Shown here: piece by piece, positions 12,401-27,200 of the stretch
Position numbering within the stretch: position 1 is the first letter of the stretch
How the letters are laid out: every line of letters begins with the position of its first letter
NCBI GenBank assembly: GCA_964057225.1
Contig: OZ059898.1
Span: 1,674,001 to 1,738,000, forward strand
Source: Auanema rhodensis
Lineage: Eukaryota; Animalia; Nematoda
DNA length: 64,000 bases
Direction of reading: 5' to 3'
Notes under the pieces: model-generated
Told to the model about the DNA's origin: nothing
Databases searched by the model: none
What the model saw: only the letters and a program-made list of their open reading frames with translations
Made by a program: the position numbers and the translations under genes

Positions 12401-14390
12401 CTCAACATACACTAATGCATCATTTTTCAAACGATCATAACTAATTTTTGTATTAAGCGTTTCTCAATGTAGTATAGTGCATTCGATGCGGATTTTTAAG
12501 CTGCGTCGATCTGTGTTATCAGATTTGCGCTAGCTTAAAAATGCACCGAGATATCAACTGATATAAGTTCACACTTATATCCTCGATTTTCACCCTGAAG
12601 AATTAATTTTTTCGTTGAATAACATTGTCCATCGTTTTTGCCTTGAAAAAAGGAATCTAAAAACATCTACTTTTTGCTAAATTATTATGAAATTTTTCGA
12701 AAAAATTTTTGTCAAAATGTTTTTGGAAGCAATGTTGAGTGTACATGGAAATCAACATACACTAATGCATCATTTTTCAAACGATCATAACTAATTTTTG
12801 TATTAAGCGTTTCTCAATGTATTATAGTGCATTCGATGCGGATTTTTAAGCTGCGTCGATCTGTGTTATCAGATTTGCGCTAGCTTAAAAATGCACCGAG
12901 ATATCAACTGATATAAGTTCACACTTATATCCTCGATTTTCACCCTGAAGAATTAATTTTTTCGTTGAATAACATTGTCCATCGTCTTTGCCTTGAAAAA
13001 AGGAATCTAAAAACATCTACTTTTTGCTAAATTATTTTGAAATTTTTCGAAAAAATTTTTGTCAAAATGTTTTTGGAAGCAATGTTGAGTGTACATGGAA
13101 ACTCAACATACACTAATGCATCATTTTTCAAACGATCATAACTAATTTTTGTATTAAGCGTTTCTCAATGTAGTATAGTGCATTCGATGCGGATTTTTAA
13201 GCTGCGTCGATCTGTGTTATCAGATTTGCGCTAGCTTAAAAATGCACCGAGATATCAACTGATATAAGTTCACACTTATATCCTCGATTTTCACCCTGAA
13301 GAATTAATTTTTTCGTTGAATAACATTGTCCATCGTCTTTGCCTTGAAAAAAGGAATCTAAAAACATCTACTTTTTGCTAAATTATTTTGAAATTTTTCG
13401 AAAAAATTTTTGTCAAAATGTTTTTGGAAGCAATGTTGAGTGTACATGGAAACTCAACATACACTAATGCATCATTTTTCAAACGATCATAACTAATTTT
13501 TGTAGTAAGCGTTTCTCAATGTAGTATAGTGCATTCGATGCGGATTTTTAAGCTGCGTCGATCTGTGTTATCAGATTTGCGCTAGCTTAAAAATGCACCG
13601 AGATATCAACTGATATAAGTTCACACTTATATCCTCGATTTTCACCCTGAAGAATTAATTTTTTCGTTGAATAACATTGTCCATCGTCTTTGCCTTGAAA
13701 AAAGAAATCTAAAAACATCTACTTTTTGCTAAATTATTTTGAAATTTTTCGAAAAAATTTTTGTCAAAATGTTTTTGGAAGCAATGTTAAGTGTACATGG
13801 AAACTCAACATACACTAATGCATCATTTTTCAAACGATCATAACTAATTTTTGTATTAAGCGTTTCTCAATGTAGTATAGTGCATTCGATGCGGATTTTT
13901 AAGCTGCGTCGATCTGTGTTATCAGATTTGCGCTAGCTTAAAAATACACCGAGATATCAACTGATATAAGTTCACACTTATATCCTCGATTTTCACCCTG
14001 AAGAATTAATTTTTTCGTTGAATAACATTGTCCATCGTTTTTGCCTTGAAAAAAGGAATCTAAAAACATCTACTTTTTGCTAAATTATTTTGAAATTTTT
14101 CGAAAAAATTTTTGTCAAAATGTTTTTGGAAGCAATGTTGAGTGTACATGGAAACTCAACATACACTAATGCATCATTTTTCAAACGATCATAACTAATT
14201 TTTGTATTAAGCGTTTCTCAATGTAGTATAGTGCATTCGATGCGGATTTTTAAGCTGCGTCGATCTGTGTTATCAGATTTGCGCTAGCTTAAAAATGCAC
14301 CGAGATATCAACTGATATAAGTTCACACTTATATCCTCGATTTTCACCCTGAAGAATTAATTTTTTCGTTGAATAACATTGTCCATCGTT
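9477..14390 (+). repeat. Segmental duplication within the array, 9-monomer offset (3158 bp); boundaries approximate
   Basis: The same ordered rare variants recur 3158 bp apart: C118 deletion (9594/12752), T170G (10347/13505), and G103A (10631/13789) together with G18A and G260A in the same monomer. Confidence 0.85.
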
Positions 14391-15090
14391 TTTGCCTTGA
14401 AAAAAGGAATCTAAAAACATCTACTTTTTGCTAAATTATTTTGAAATTTTTCGAAAAAATTTTTGTCAAAATGTTTTTGGAAGCAATGTTGAGTGTACAT
14501 GGAAACTCAACATACACTAATGCATCATTTTTCAAACGATCATAACTAATTTTTGTATTAAGCGTTTCTCAATGTAGTATAGTGCATTCGATGCGGATTT
14601 TTAAGCTGCGTCGATCTGTGTTATCAGATTTGCGCTAGCTTAAAAATGCACCGAGATATCAACTGATATAAGTTCACACTTATATCCTCGATTTTCACCC
14701 TGAAGAATTAATTTTTTCGTTGAATAACATTGTCCATCGTTTTTGCCTTGAAAAAAGGAATCTAAAAACATCTACTTTTTGCTAAATTATTTTGAAATTT
14801 TTCGAAAAAATTTTTGTCAAAATGTTTTTGGAAGCAATGTTGAGTGTACATGGAAACTCAACATACACTAATGCATCATTTTTCAAACGATCATAACTAA
14901 TTTTTGTATTAAGCGTTTCTCAATGTAGTATAGTGCATTCGATGCGGATTTTTAAGCTGCGTCGATCTGTGTTATCAGATTTGCGCTAGCTTAAAAATGC
15001 ACCGAGATATCAACTGATATAAGTTCACACTTATATCCTCGATTTTCACCCTGAAGATTTAATTTTTTCGTTGAATAACATTGTCCATCG

Positions 15091-18000
15091 TCTTTGCCTT
15101 GAAAAATGGAATCTAAAAACATCTACTTTTTGCTAAATTATTTTGAAATTTTTCGAAAAAATTTTTGTCAAAATGTTTTTGGAAGCAATGTTGAGTGTAC
15201 ATGGAAACTCAACATACACTAATGCATCATTTTTCAAACGATCATAACTAATTTTTGTATTAAGCGTTTCTCAATGTAGTATAGTGCATTCGATGCGGAT
15301 TTTTAAGCTGCGTCGATCTGTGTTATCAGATTTGCGCTAGCTTAAAAATGCACCGAGATATCAACTGATATAAGTTCACACTTATATCCTCGATTTTCAC
15401 CCTGAAGATTTAATTTTTTCGTTGAATAACATTGTCCATCGTCTTTGCCTTGAAAAATGGAATCTAAAAACATCTACTTTTTGCTAAATTATTTTGAAAT
15501 TTTTCAAAAAAATTTTTGTCAAAATGTTTTTGGAAGCAATGTTGAGTGTACATGGAAACTCAACATACACTAATGCATCATTTTTCAAACGATCATAACT
15601 AATTTTTGTATTAAGCGTTTCTCAATGTAGTATAGTGCATTCGATGCGGATTTTTAAGCTGCGTCGATCTGTGTTATCAGATTTGCGCTAGCTTAAAAAT
15701 GCACCGAGATATCAACTGATATAAGTTCAAACTTATATCCTCGATTTTCACCCTGAAGAATTAATTTTTTTGTTGAATAACATTGTCCATCGTCTTTGCC
15801 TTGAAAAAAGGAATCTAAAAACATCTACTTTTTGCTAAATTATTTTGAAATTTTTCGAAAAAATTTTTGTCAAAATGTTTTTGGAAGCAATGTTGAGTGT
15901 ACATGGAAACTCAACATACACTAATGCATCATTTTTCAAACGATCATAACTAATTTTTGTATTAAGCGTTTCTCAATGTAGTATAGTGCATTCGATGCGG
16001 ATTTTTAAGCTGCGTCGATCTGTGTTATCAGATTTGCGCTAGCTTAAAAATGCACCGAGATATCAACTGATATATGTTCACACTTATATCCTCGATTTTC
16101 ACCCTGAAGAATTAATTTTTTCGTTGAATAACATTGTCCATCGTCTTTGCCTTGAAAAAAGGAATCTAAAAACATCTACTTTTTGCTAAATTATTTTGAA
16201 ATTTTCTGAAAAAATTTTTGTCAAAATGTTTTTGGAAGCAATGTTGAGTGTACATGGAAACTCAACATACACTAATGCATCATTTTTCAAACGATCATAA
16301 CTAATTTTTGTATTAAGCGTTTCTCAATGTAGTATAGTGCATTCGATGCGGATTTTTAAGCTGCGTCGATCTGTGTTATCAGATTTGCGCTAGCTTAAAA
16401 ATGCACCGAGATATCAACTGATATAAGTTCAAACTTATATCCTCGATTTTCACCCTGAAGAATTAATTTTTTTGTTGAATAACATTGTCCATCGTCTTTG
16501 CCTTGAAAAAAGGAATCTAAAAACATCTACTTTTTGCTAAATTATTTTGAAATTTTTCGAAAAAATTTTTGTCAAAATGTTTTTGGAAGCAATGTTGAGT
16601 GTACATGGAAACTCAACATACACTAATGCATCATTTTTCAAACGATCATAACTAATTTTTGTATTAAGCGTTTCTCAATGTAGTATAGTGCATTCGATGC
16701 GGATTTTTAAGCTGCGTCGATCTGTGTTATCAGATTTGCGCTAGCTTAAAAATGCACCGAGATATCAACTGATATAAGTTCAAACTTATATCCTCGATTT
16801 TCACCCTGAAGAATTAATTTTTTTGTTGAATAACATTGTCCATCGTCTTTGCCTTGAAAAAAGGAATCTAAAAACATCTACTTTTTGCTAAATTATTTTG
16901 AAATTTTTCGAAAAAATTTTTGTCAAAATGTTTTTGGAAGCAATGTTGAGTGTACATGGAAACTCAACATACACTAATGCATCATTTTTCAAACGATCAT
17001 AACTAATTTTTGTATTAAGCGTTTCTCAATGTAGTATAGTGCATTCGATGCGGATTTTTAAGCTGCGTCGATCTGTGTTATCAGATTTGCGCTAGCTTAA
17101 AAATGCACCGAGATATCAACTGATATATGTTCACACTTATATCCTCGATTTTCACCCTGAAGAATTAATTTTTTCGTTGAATAACATTGTCCATCGTCTT
17201 TGCCTTGAAAAAAGGAATCTAAAAACATCTACTTTTTGCTAAATTATTTTGAAATTTTCTGAAAAAATTTTTGTCAAAATGTTTTTGGAAGCAATGTTGA
17301 GTGTACATGGAAACTCAACATACACTAATGCATCATTTTTCAAACGATCATAACTAATTTTTGTATTAAGCGTTTCTCAATGTAGTATAGTGCATTCGAT
17401 GCGGATTTTTAAGCTGCGTCGATCTGTGTTATCAGATTTGCGCTAGCTTAAAAATGCACCGAGATATCAACTGATATAAGTTCAAACTTATATCCTCGAT
17501 TTTCACCCTGAAGAATTAATTTTTTTGTTGAATAACATTGTCCATCGTCTTTGCCTTGAAAAAAGGAATCTAAAAACATCTACTTTTTGCTAAATTATTT
17601 TGAAATTTTTCGAAAAAATTTTTGTCAAAATGTTTTTGGAAGCAATGTTGAGTGTACATGGAAACTCAACATACACTAATGCATCATTTTTCAAACGATC
17701 ATAACTAATTTTTGTATTAAGCGTTTCTCAATGTAGTATAGTGCATTCGATGCGGATTTTTAAGCTGCGTCGATCTGTGTTATCAGATTTGCGCTAGCTT
17801 AAAAATGCACCGAGATATCAACTGATATATGTTCACACTTATATCCTCGATTTTCACCCTGAAGAATTAATTTTTTCGTTGAATAACATTGTCCATCGTC
17901 TTTGCCTTGAAAAAAGGAATCTAAAAACATCTACTTTTTGCTAAATTATTTTGAAATTTTCTGAAAAAATTTTTGTCAAAATGTTTTTGGAAGCAATGTT

Positions 18001-21000
18001 GAGTGTACATGGAAACTCAACATACACTAATGCATCATTTTTCAAACGATCATAACTAATTTTTGTATTAAGCGTTTCTCAATGTAGTATAGTGCATTCG
18101 ATGCGGATTTTTAAGCTGCGTCGATCTGTGTTATCAGATTTGCGCTAGCTTAAAAATGCACCGAGATATCAACTGATATAAGTTCAAACTTATATCCTCG
18201 ATTTTCACCCTGAAGAATTAATTTTTTTGTTGAATAACATTGTCCATCGTCTTTGCCTTGAAAAAAGGAATCTAAAAACATCTACTTTTTGCTAAATTAT
18301 TTTGAAATTTTTCGAAAAAATTTTTGTCAAAATGTTTTTGGAAGCAATGTTGAGTGTACATGGAAACTCAACATACACTAATGCATCATTTTTCAAACGA
18401 TCATAACTAATTTTTGTATTAAGCGTTTCTCAATGTAGTATAGTGCATTCGATGCGGATTTTTAAGCTGCGTCGATCTGTGTTATCAGATTTGCGCTAGC
18501 TTAAAAATGCACCGAGATATCAACTGATATAAGTTCACACTTATATCCTCGATTTTCACCCTGAAGATTTAATTTTTTCGTTGAATAACATTGTCCATCG
18601 TCTTTGCCTTGAAAAATGGAATCTAAAAACATCTACTTTTTGCTAAATTATTTTGAAATTTTTCAAAAAAATTTTTGTCAAAATGTTTTTGGAAGCAATG
18701 TTGAGTGTACATGGAAACTCAACATACACTAATGCATCATTTTTCAAACGATCATAACTAATTTTTGTATTAAGCGTTTCTCAATGTAGTATAGTGCATT
18801 CGATGCGGATTTTTAAGCTGCGTCGATCTGTGTTATCAGATTTGCGCTAGCTTAAAAATGCACCGAGATATCAACTGATATAAGTTCAAACTTATATCCT
18901 CGATTTTCACCCTGAAGAATTAATTTTTTTGTTGAATAACATTGTCCATCGTCTTTGCCTTGAAAAAAGGAATCTAAAAACATCTACTTTTTGCTAAATT
19001 ATTTTGAAATTTTTCGAAAAAATTTTTGTCAAAATGTTTTTGGAAGCAATGTTGAGTGTACATGGAAACTCAACATACACTAATGCATCATTTTTCAAAC
19101 GATCATAACTAATTTTTGTATTAAGCGTTTCTCAATGTAGTATAGTGCATTCGATGCGGATTTTTAAGCTGCGTCGATCTGTGTTATCAGATTTGCGCTA
19201 GCTTAAAAATGCACCGAGATATCAACTGATATATGTTCACACTTATATCCTCGATTTTCACCCTGAAGAATTAATTTTTTCGTTGAATAACATTGTCCAT
19301 CGTCTTTGCCTTGAAAAAAGGAATCTAAAAACATCTACTTTTTGCTAAATTATTTTGAAATTTTCTGAAAAAATTTTTGTCAAAATGTTTTTGGAAGCAA
19401 TGTTGAGTGTACATGGAAACTCAACATACACTAATGCATCATTTTTCAAACGATCATAACTAATTTTTGTATTAAGCGTTTCTCAATGTAGTATAGTGCA
19501 TTCGATGCGGATTTTTAAGCTGCGTCGATCTGTGTTATCAGATTTGCGCTAGCTTAAAAATGCACCGAGATATCAACTGATATAAGTTCAAACTTATATC
19601 CTCGATTTTCACCCTGAAGAATTAATTTTTTTGTTGAATAACATTGTCCATCGTCTTTGCCTTGAAAAAAGGAATCTAAAAACATCTACTTTTTGCTAAA
19701 TTATTTTGAAATTTTTCGAAAAAATTTTTGTCAAAATGTTTTTGGAAGCAATGTTGAGTGTACATGGAAACTCAACATACACTAATGCATCATTTTTCAA
19801 ACGATCATAACTAATTTTTGTATTAAGCGTTTCTCAATGTAGTATAGTGCATTCGATGCGGATTTTTAAGCTGCGTCGATCTGTGTTATCAGATTTGCGC
19901 TAGCTTAAAAATGCACCGAGATATCAACTGATATAAGTTCAAACTTATATCCTCGATTTTCACCCTGAAGAATTAATTTTTTTGTTGAATAACATTGTCC
20001 ATCGTCTTTGCCTTGAAAAAAGGAATCTAAAAACATCTACTTTTTGCTAAATTATTTTGAAATTTTTCGAAAAAATTTTTGTCAAAATGTTTTTGGAAGC
20101 AATGTTGAGTGTACATGGAAACTCAACATACACTAATGCATCATTTTTCAAACGATCATAACTAATTTTTGTATTAAGCGTTTCTCAATGTAGTATAGTG
20201 CATTCGATGCGGATTTTTAAGCTGCGTCGATCTGTGTTATCAGATTTGCGCTAGCTTAAAAATGCACCGAGATATCAACTGATATAAGTTCAAACTTATA
20301 TCCTCGATTTTCACCCTGAAGAATTAATTTTTTTGTTGAATAACATTGTCCATCGTCTTTGCCTTGAAAAAAGGAATCTAAAAACATCTACTTTTTGCTA
20401 AATTATTTTGAAATTTTTCGAAAAAATTTTTGTCAAAATGTTTTTGGAAGCAATGTTGAGTGTACATGGAAACTCAACATACACTAATGCATCATTTTTC
20501 AAACGATCATAACTAATTTTTGTATTAAGCGTTTCTCAATGTAGTATAGTGCATTCGATGCGGATTTTTAAGCTGCGTCGATCTGTGTTATCAGATTTGC
20601 GCTAGCTTAAAAATGCACCGAGATATCAACTGATATATGTTCACACTTATATCCTCGATTTTCACCCTGAAGAATTAATTTTTTCGTTGAATAACATTGT
20701 CCATCGTCTTTGCCTTGAAAAAAGGAATCTAAAAACATCTACTTTTTGCTAAATTATTTTGAAATTTTCTGAAAAAATTTTTGTCAAAATGTTTTTGGAA
20801 GCAATGTTGAGTGTACATGGAAACTCAACATACACTAATGCATCATTTTTCAAACGATCATAACTAATTTTTGTATTAAGCGTTTCTCAATGTAGTATAG
20901 TGCATTCGATGCGGATTTTTAAGCTGCGTCGATCTGTGTTATCAGATTTGCGCTAGCTTAAAAATGCACCGAGATATCAACTGATATAAGTTCAAACTTA

Positions 21001-21760
21001 TATCCTCGATTTTCACCCTGAAGAATTAATTTTTTTGTTGAATAACATTGTCCATCGTCTTTGCCTTGAAAAAAGGAATCTAAAAACATCTACTTTTTGC
21101 TAAATTATTTTGAAATTTTTCGAAAAAATTTTTGTCAAAATGTTTTTGGAAGCAATGTTGAGTGTACATGGAAACTCAACATACACTAATGCATCATTTT
21201 TCAAACGATCATAACTAATTTTTGTATTAAGCGTTTCTCAATGTAGTATAGTGCATTCGATGCGGATTTTTAAGCTGCGTCGATCTGTGTTATCAGATTT
21301 GCGCTAGCTTAAAAATGCACCGAGATATCAACTGATATATGTTCACACTTATATCCTCGATTTTCACCCTGAAGAATTAATTTTTTCGTTGAATAACATT
21401 GTCCATCGTCTTTGCCTTGAAAAAAGGAATCTAAAAACATCTACTTTTTGCTAAATTATTTTGAAATTTTCTGAAAAAATTTTTGTCAAAATGTTTTTGG
21501 AAGCAATGTTGAGTGTACATGGAAACTCAACATACACTAATGCATCATTTTTCAAACGATCATAACTAATTTTTGTATTAAGCGTTTCTCAATGTAGTAT
21601 AGTGCATTCGATGCGGATTTTTAAGCTGCGTCGATCTGTGTTATCAGATTTGCGCTAGCTTAAAAATGCACCGAGATATCAACTGATATAAGTTCAAACT
21701 TATATCCTCGATTTTCACCCTGAAGAATTAATTTTTTTGTTGAATAACATTGTCCATCGT
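15091..21760 (+). repeat. Dimeric (702-bp) higher-order repeat nested in a 9/10-monomer duplication
   Basis: A283T monomers alternate with TC63-64CT + C289A + C330T monomers. The rare G65A occurs at 15506 and 18665, 3159 bp apart. Confidence 0.85.
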
Positions 21761-24216
21761 CTTTGCCTTGAAAAAAGGAATCTAAAAACATCTACTTTTT
21801 GCTAAATTATTTTGAAATTTTTCGAAAAAATTTTTGTCAAAATGTTTTTGGAAGCAATGTTGAGTGTACATGGAAACTCAACATACACTAATGCATCATT
21901 TTTCAAACGATCATAACTAATTTTTGTATTAAGCGTTTCTCAATGTAGTATAGTGCATTCGATGCGGATTTTTAAGCTGCGTCGATCTGTGTTATCAGAT
22001 TTGCGCTAGCTTAAAAATGCACCGAGATATCAACTGATATAAGTTCAAACTTATATCCTCGATTTTCACCCTGAAGAATTAATTTTTTTGTTGAATAACA
22101 TTGTCCATCGTCTTTGCCTTGAAAAAAGGAATCTAAAAACATCTACTTTTTGCTAAATTATTTTGAAATTTTTCGAAAAAATTTTTGTCAAAATGTTTTT
22201 GGAAGCAATGTTGAGTGTACATGGAAACTCAACATACACTAATGCATCATTTTTCAAACGATCATAACTAATTTTTGTATTAAGCGTTTTTCAATGTAGT
22301 ATAGTGCATTCGATGCGGATTTTTAAGCTGCGTCGATCTGTGTTATCAGATTTGCGCTAGCTTAAAAATGCACCGAGATATCAACTGATATAAGTTCAAA
22401 CTTATATCCTCGATTTTCACCCTGAAGAATTAATTTTTTTGTTGAATAACATTGTCCATCGTCTTTGCCTTGAAAAAAGGAATCTAAAAACATCTACTTT
22501 TTGCTAAATTATTTTGAAATTTTTCGAAAAAATTTTTGTCAAAATGTTTTTGGAAGCAATGTTGAGTGTACATGGAAACTCAACATACACTAATGCATCA
22601 TTTTTCAAACGATCATAACTAATTTTTGTATTAAGCGTTTCTCAATGTAGTATAGTGCATTCGATGCGGATTTTTAAGCTGCGTCGATCTGTGTTATCAG
22701 ATTTGCGCTAGCTTAAAAATGCACCGAGATATCAACTGATATAAGTTCAAACTTATATCCTCGATTTTCACCCTGAAGAATTAACTTTTTTGTTGAATAA
22801 CATTGTCCATCGTCTTTGCCTTGAAAAAAGGAATCTAAAAACATCTACTTTTTGCTAAATTATTTTGAAATTTTTCGAAAAAATTTTTGTCAAAATGTTT
22901 TTGGAAGCAATGTTGAGTGTACATGGAAACTCAACATACACTAATGCATCATTTTTCAAACGATCATAACTAATTTTTGTATTAAGCGTTTCTCAATGTA
23001 GTATAGTGCATTCGATGCGGATTTTTAAGCTGCGTCGATCTGTGTTATCAGATTTGCGCTAGCTTAAAAATGCACCGAGATATCAACTGATATAAGTTCA
23101 CACTTATATCCTCGATTTTCACCCTGAAGATTTAATTTTTTCGTTGAATAACATTGTCCATCGTCTTTGCCTTGAAAAATGGAATCTAAAAACATCTACT
23201 TTTTGCTAAATTATTTTGAAATTTTTCGAAAAAATTTTTGTCAAAATGTTTTTGGAAGCAATGTTGAGTGTACATGGAAACTCAACATACACTAATGCAT
23301 CATTTTTCAAACGATCATAACAAATTTTTGTATTAAGAGTTTCTCAATGTAGTATAGTGCATTCGATGCGGATTTTTAAGCTGCGTCGATCTGTGTTATC
23401 AGATTTGCGCTAGCTTAAAAATGCACCGTGATATCAACTGATATAAGTTCACACTTATATCCTCGATTTTCACCCTGAAGAATTAATTTTTTCGTTGAAT
23501 AACATTGTCCATCGTCTTTGCCTTGAAAAATGGAATCTAAAAACATCTACTTTTTGCTAAATTATTTTGAAATTTTTCGAAAAAATTTTTGTCAAAATGT
23601 TTTTGGAAGCAATGTTGAGTGTACATGGAAACTCAACATACACTAATGCATCATTTTTCAAACGATCATAACTAATTTTTGTATTAAGCGTTTCTCAATG
23701 TAGTATAGTGCATTCGATGCGGATTTTTAAGCTGCGTCGATCTGTGTTATCAGATTTGCGCTAGCTTAAAAATGCACCGAGATATCAACTGATATAAGTT
23801 CAAACTTATATCCTCGATTTTCACCCTGAAGAATTAATTTTTTTGTTGAATAACATTGTCCATCGTCTTTGCCTTGAAAAAAGGAATCTAAAAACATCTA
23901 CTTTTTGCTAAATTATTTTGAAATTTTCTGAAAAAATTTTTGTCAAAATGTTTTTGGAAGCAATGTTGAGTGTACATGGAAACTCAACATACACTAATGC
24001 ATCATTTTTCAAACGATCATAACTAATTTTTGTATTAAGCGTTTCTCAATGTAGTATAGTGCATTCGATGCGGATTTTTAAGCTGCGTCGATCTGTGTTA
24101 TCAGATTTGCGCTAGCTTAAAAATGCACCGAGATATCAACTGATATAAGTTCACACTTATATCCTCGATTTTCACCCTGAAGATTTAATTTTTTCGTTGA
24201 ATAACATTGTCCATCG

Positions 24217-27200
24217 TCTTTGCCTTGAAAAAAGGAATCTAAAAACATCTACTTTTTGCTAAATTATTTTGAAATTTTTCGAAAAAATTTTTGTCAAAAT
24301 GTTTTTGGAAGCAATGTTGAGTGTACATGGAAACTCAACATACACTAATGCATCATTTTTCAAACGATCATAACTAATTTTTGTATTAAGCGTTTCTCAA
24401 TGTAGTATAGTGCATTCGATGCGGATTTTTAAGCTGCGTCGATCTGTGTTATCAGATTTGCGCTAGCTTAAAAATGCACCGAGATATCAACTGATATAAG
24501 TTCACACTTATATCCTCGATTTTCACCCTGAAGAATTAATTTTTTTGTTGAATAACATTGTCCATCGTCTTTGCCTTGAAAAAAGGAATCTAAAAACATC
24601 TACTTTTTGCTAAATTATTTTGAAATTTTTCGAAAAAATTTTTGTCAAAATGTTTTTGGAAGCAATGTTGAGTGTACATGGAAACTCAACATACACTAAT
24701 GCATCATTTTTCAAACGATCATAACTAATTTTTGTATTAAGCGTTTCTCAATGTAGTATAGTGCATTCGATGCGGATTTTTAAGCTGCGTCGATCTGTGT
24801 TATCAGATTTGCGCTAGCTTAAAAATGCACCGAGATATCAACTGATATAAGTTCAAACTTATATCCTCGATTTTCACCCTGAAGATTTAATTTTTTTGTT
24901 GAATAACATTGTCCATCGTCTTTGCCTTGAAAAAAGGAATCTAAAAACATCTACTTTTTGCTAAATTATTTTGAAATTTTCTGAAAAAATTTTTGTCAAA
25001 ATGTTTTTGGAAGCAATGTTGAGTGTACATGGAAACTCAACATACACTAATGCATCATTTTTCAAACGATCATAACTAATTTTTGTATTAAGCGTTTCTC
25101 AATGTAGTATAGTGCATTCGATGCGGATTTTTAAGCTGCGTCGATCTGTGTTATCAGATTTGCGCTAGCTTAAAAATGCACCGAGATATCAACTGATATA
25201 AGTTCACACTTATATCCTCGATTTTCACCCTGAAGAATTAATTTTTTTGTTGAATAACATTGTCCATCGTCTTTGCCTTGAAAAAAGGAATCTAAAAACA
25301 TCTACTTTTTGCTAAATTATTTTGAAATTTTTCGAAAAAATTTTTGTCAAAATGTTTTTGGAAGCAATGTTGAGTGTACATGGAAACTCAACATACACTA
25401 ATGCATCATTTTTCAAACGATCATAACTAATTTTTGTATTAAGCGTTTCTCAATGTAGTATAGTGCATTCGATGCGGATTTTTAAGCTGCGTCGATCTGT
25501 GTTATCAGATTTGCGCTAGCTTAAAAATGCACCGAGATATCAACTGATATAAGTTCAAACTTATATCCTCGATTTTCACCCTGAAGATTTAATTTTTTTG
25601 TTGAATAACATTGTCCATCGTCTTTGCCTTGAAAAAAGGAATCTAAAAACATCTACTTTTTGCTAAATTATTTTGAAATTTTCTGAAAAAATTTTTGTCA
25701 AAATGTTTTTGGAAGCAATGTTGAGTGTACATGGAAACTCAACATACACTAATGCATCATTTTTCAAACGATCATAACTAATTTTTGTATTAAGCGTTTC
25801 TCAATGTAGTATAGTGCATTCGATGCGGATTTTTAAGCTGCGTCGATCTGTGTTATCAGATTTGCGCTAGCTTAAAAATGCACCGAGATATCAACTGATA
25901 TAAGTTCACACTTATATCCTCGATTTTCACCCTGAAGATTTAATTTTTTCGTCGAATAACATTGTCCATCGTCTTTGCCTTGAAAAATGGAATCTAAAAA
26001 CATCTACTTTTTGCTAAATTATTTTGAAATTTTTCGAAAAAATTTTTGTCAAAATGTTTTTGGAAGCAATGTTGAGTGTACATGGAAACTCAACATACAC
26101 TAATGCATCATTTTTCAAACGATCATAACTAATTTTTGTATTAAGCGTTTCTCAATGTAGTATAGTGCATTCGATGCGGATTTTTAAGCTGCGTCGATCT
26201 GTGTTATCAGATTTGCGCTAGCTTAAAAATGCACCGAGATATCAACTGATATAAGTTCACACTTATATCCTCGATTTTCACCCTGAAGAATTAATTTTTT
26301 TGTTGAATAACATTGTCCATCGTCTTTGCCTTGAAAAAAGGAATCTAAAAACATCTACTTTTTGCTAAATTATTTTGAAATTTTTCGAAAAAATTTTTGT
26401 CAAAATGTTTTTGGAAGCAATGTTGAGTGTACATGGAAACTCAACATACACTAATGCATCATTTTTCAAACGATCATAACTAATTTTTGTATTAAGCGTT
26501 TCTCAATGTATTATAGTGCATTCGATGCGGATTTTTAAGCTGCGTCGATCTGTGTTATCAGATTTGCGCTAGCTTAAAAATGCACCGTGAAATCAACTGA
26601 TATAAGTTCACACTTATATCCTCGATTTTCACCCTGAAGAATTAATGTTTTCGTTGAATAACATTGTCAATCGTCTTTGCCTTGAAAAAAGGAATCTAAA
26701 AACATCTACTTTTTGCTAAATTATTTTGAAATTTTTCGAAAAAATTTTTGTCAAAATGTTTTTGGAAGCAATGTTGAGTGTACATGGAAACTCAACATAC
26801 ACTAATGCATCATTTTTCAAACGATCATAACTAATTTTTGTATTAAGCGTTTCTCAATGTAGTATAGTGCATTCGATGCGGATTTTTAAGCTGCGTCGAT
26901 CTGTGTTATCAGATTTGCGCTAGCTTAAAAATGCACCGAGATATCAACTGATATAAGTTCACACTTATATCCTCGATTTTCACCCTGAAGAATTAATTTT
27001 TTTGTTGAATAACATTGTCCATCGTCTTTGCCTTGAAAAAAGGAATCTAAAAACATCTACTTTTTGCTAAATTATTTTGAAATTTTTCGAAAAAATTTTT
27101 GTCAAAATGTTTTTGGAAGCAATGTTGAGTGTACATGGAAACTCAACATACACTAATGCATCATTTTTCAAACGATCATAACTAATTTTTGTATTAAGCG

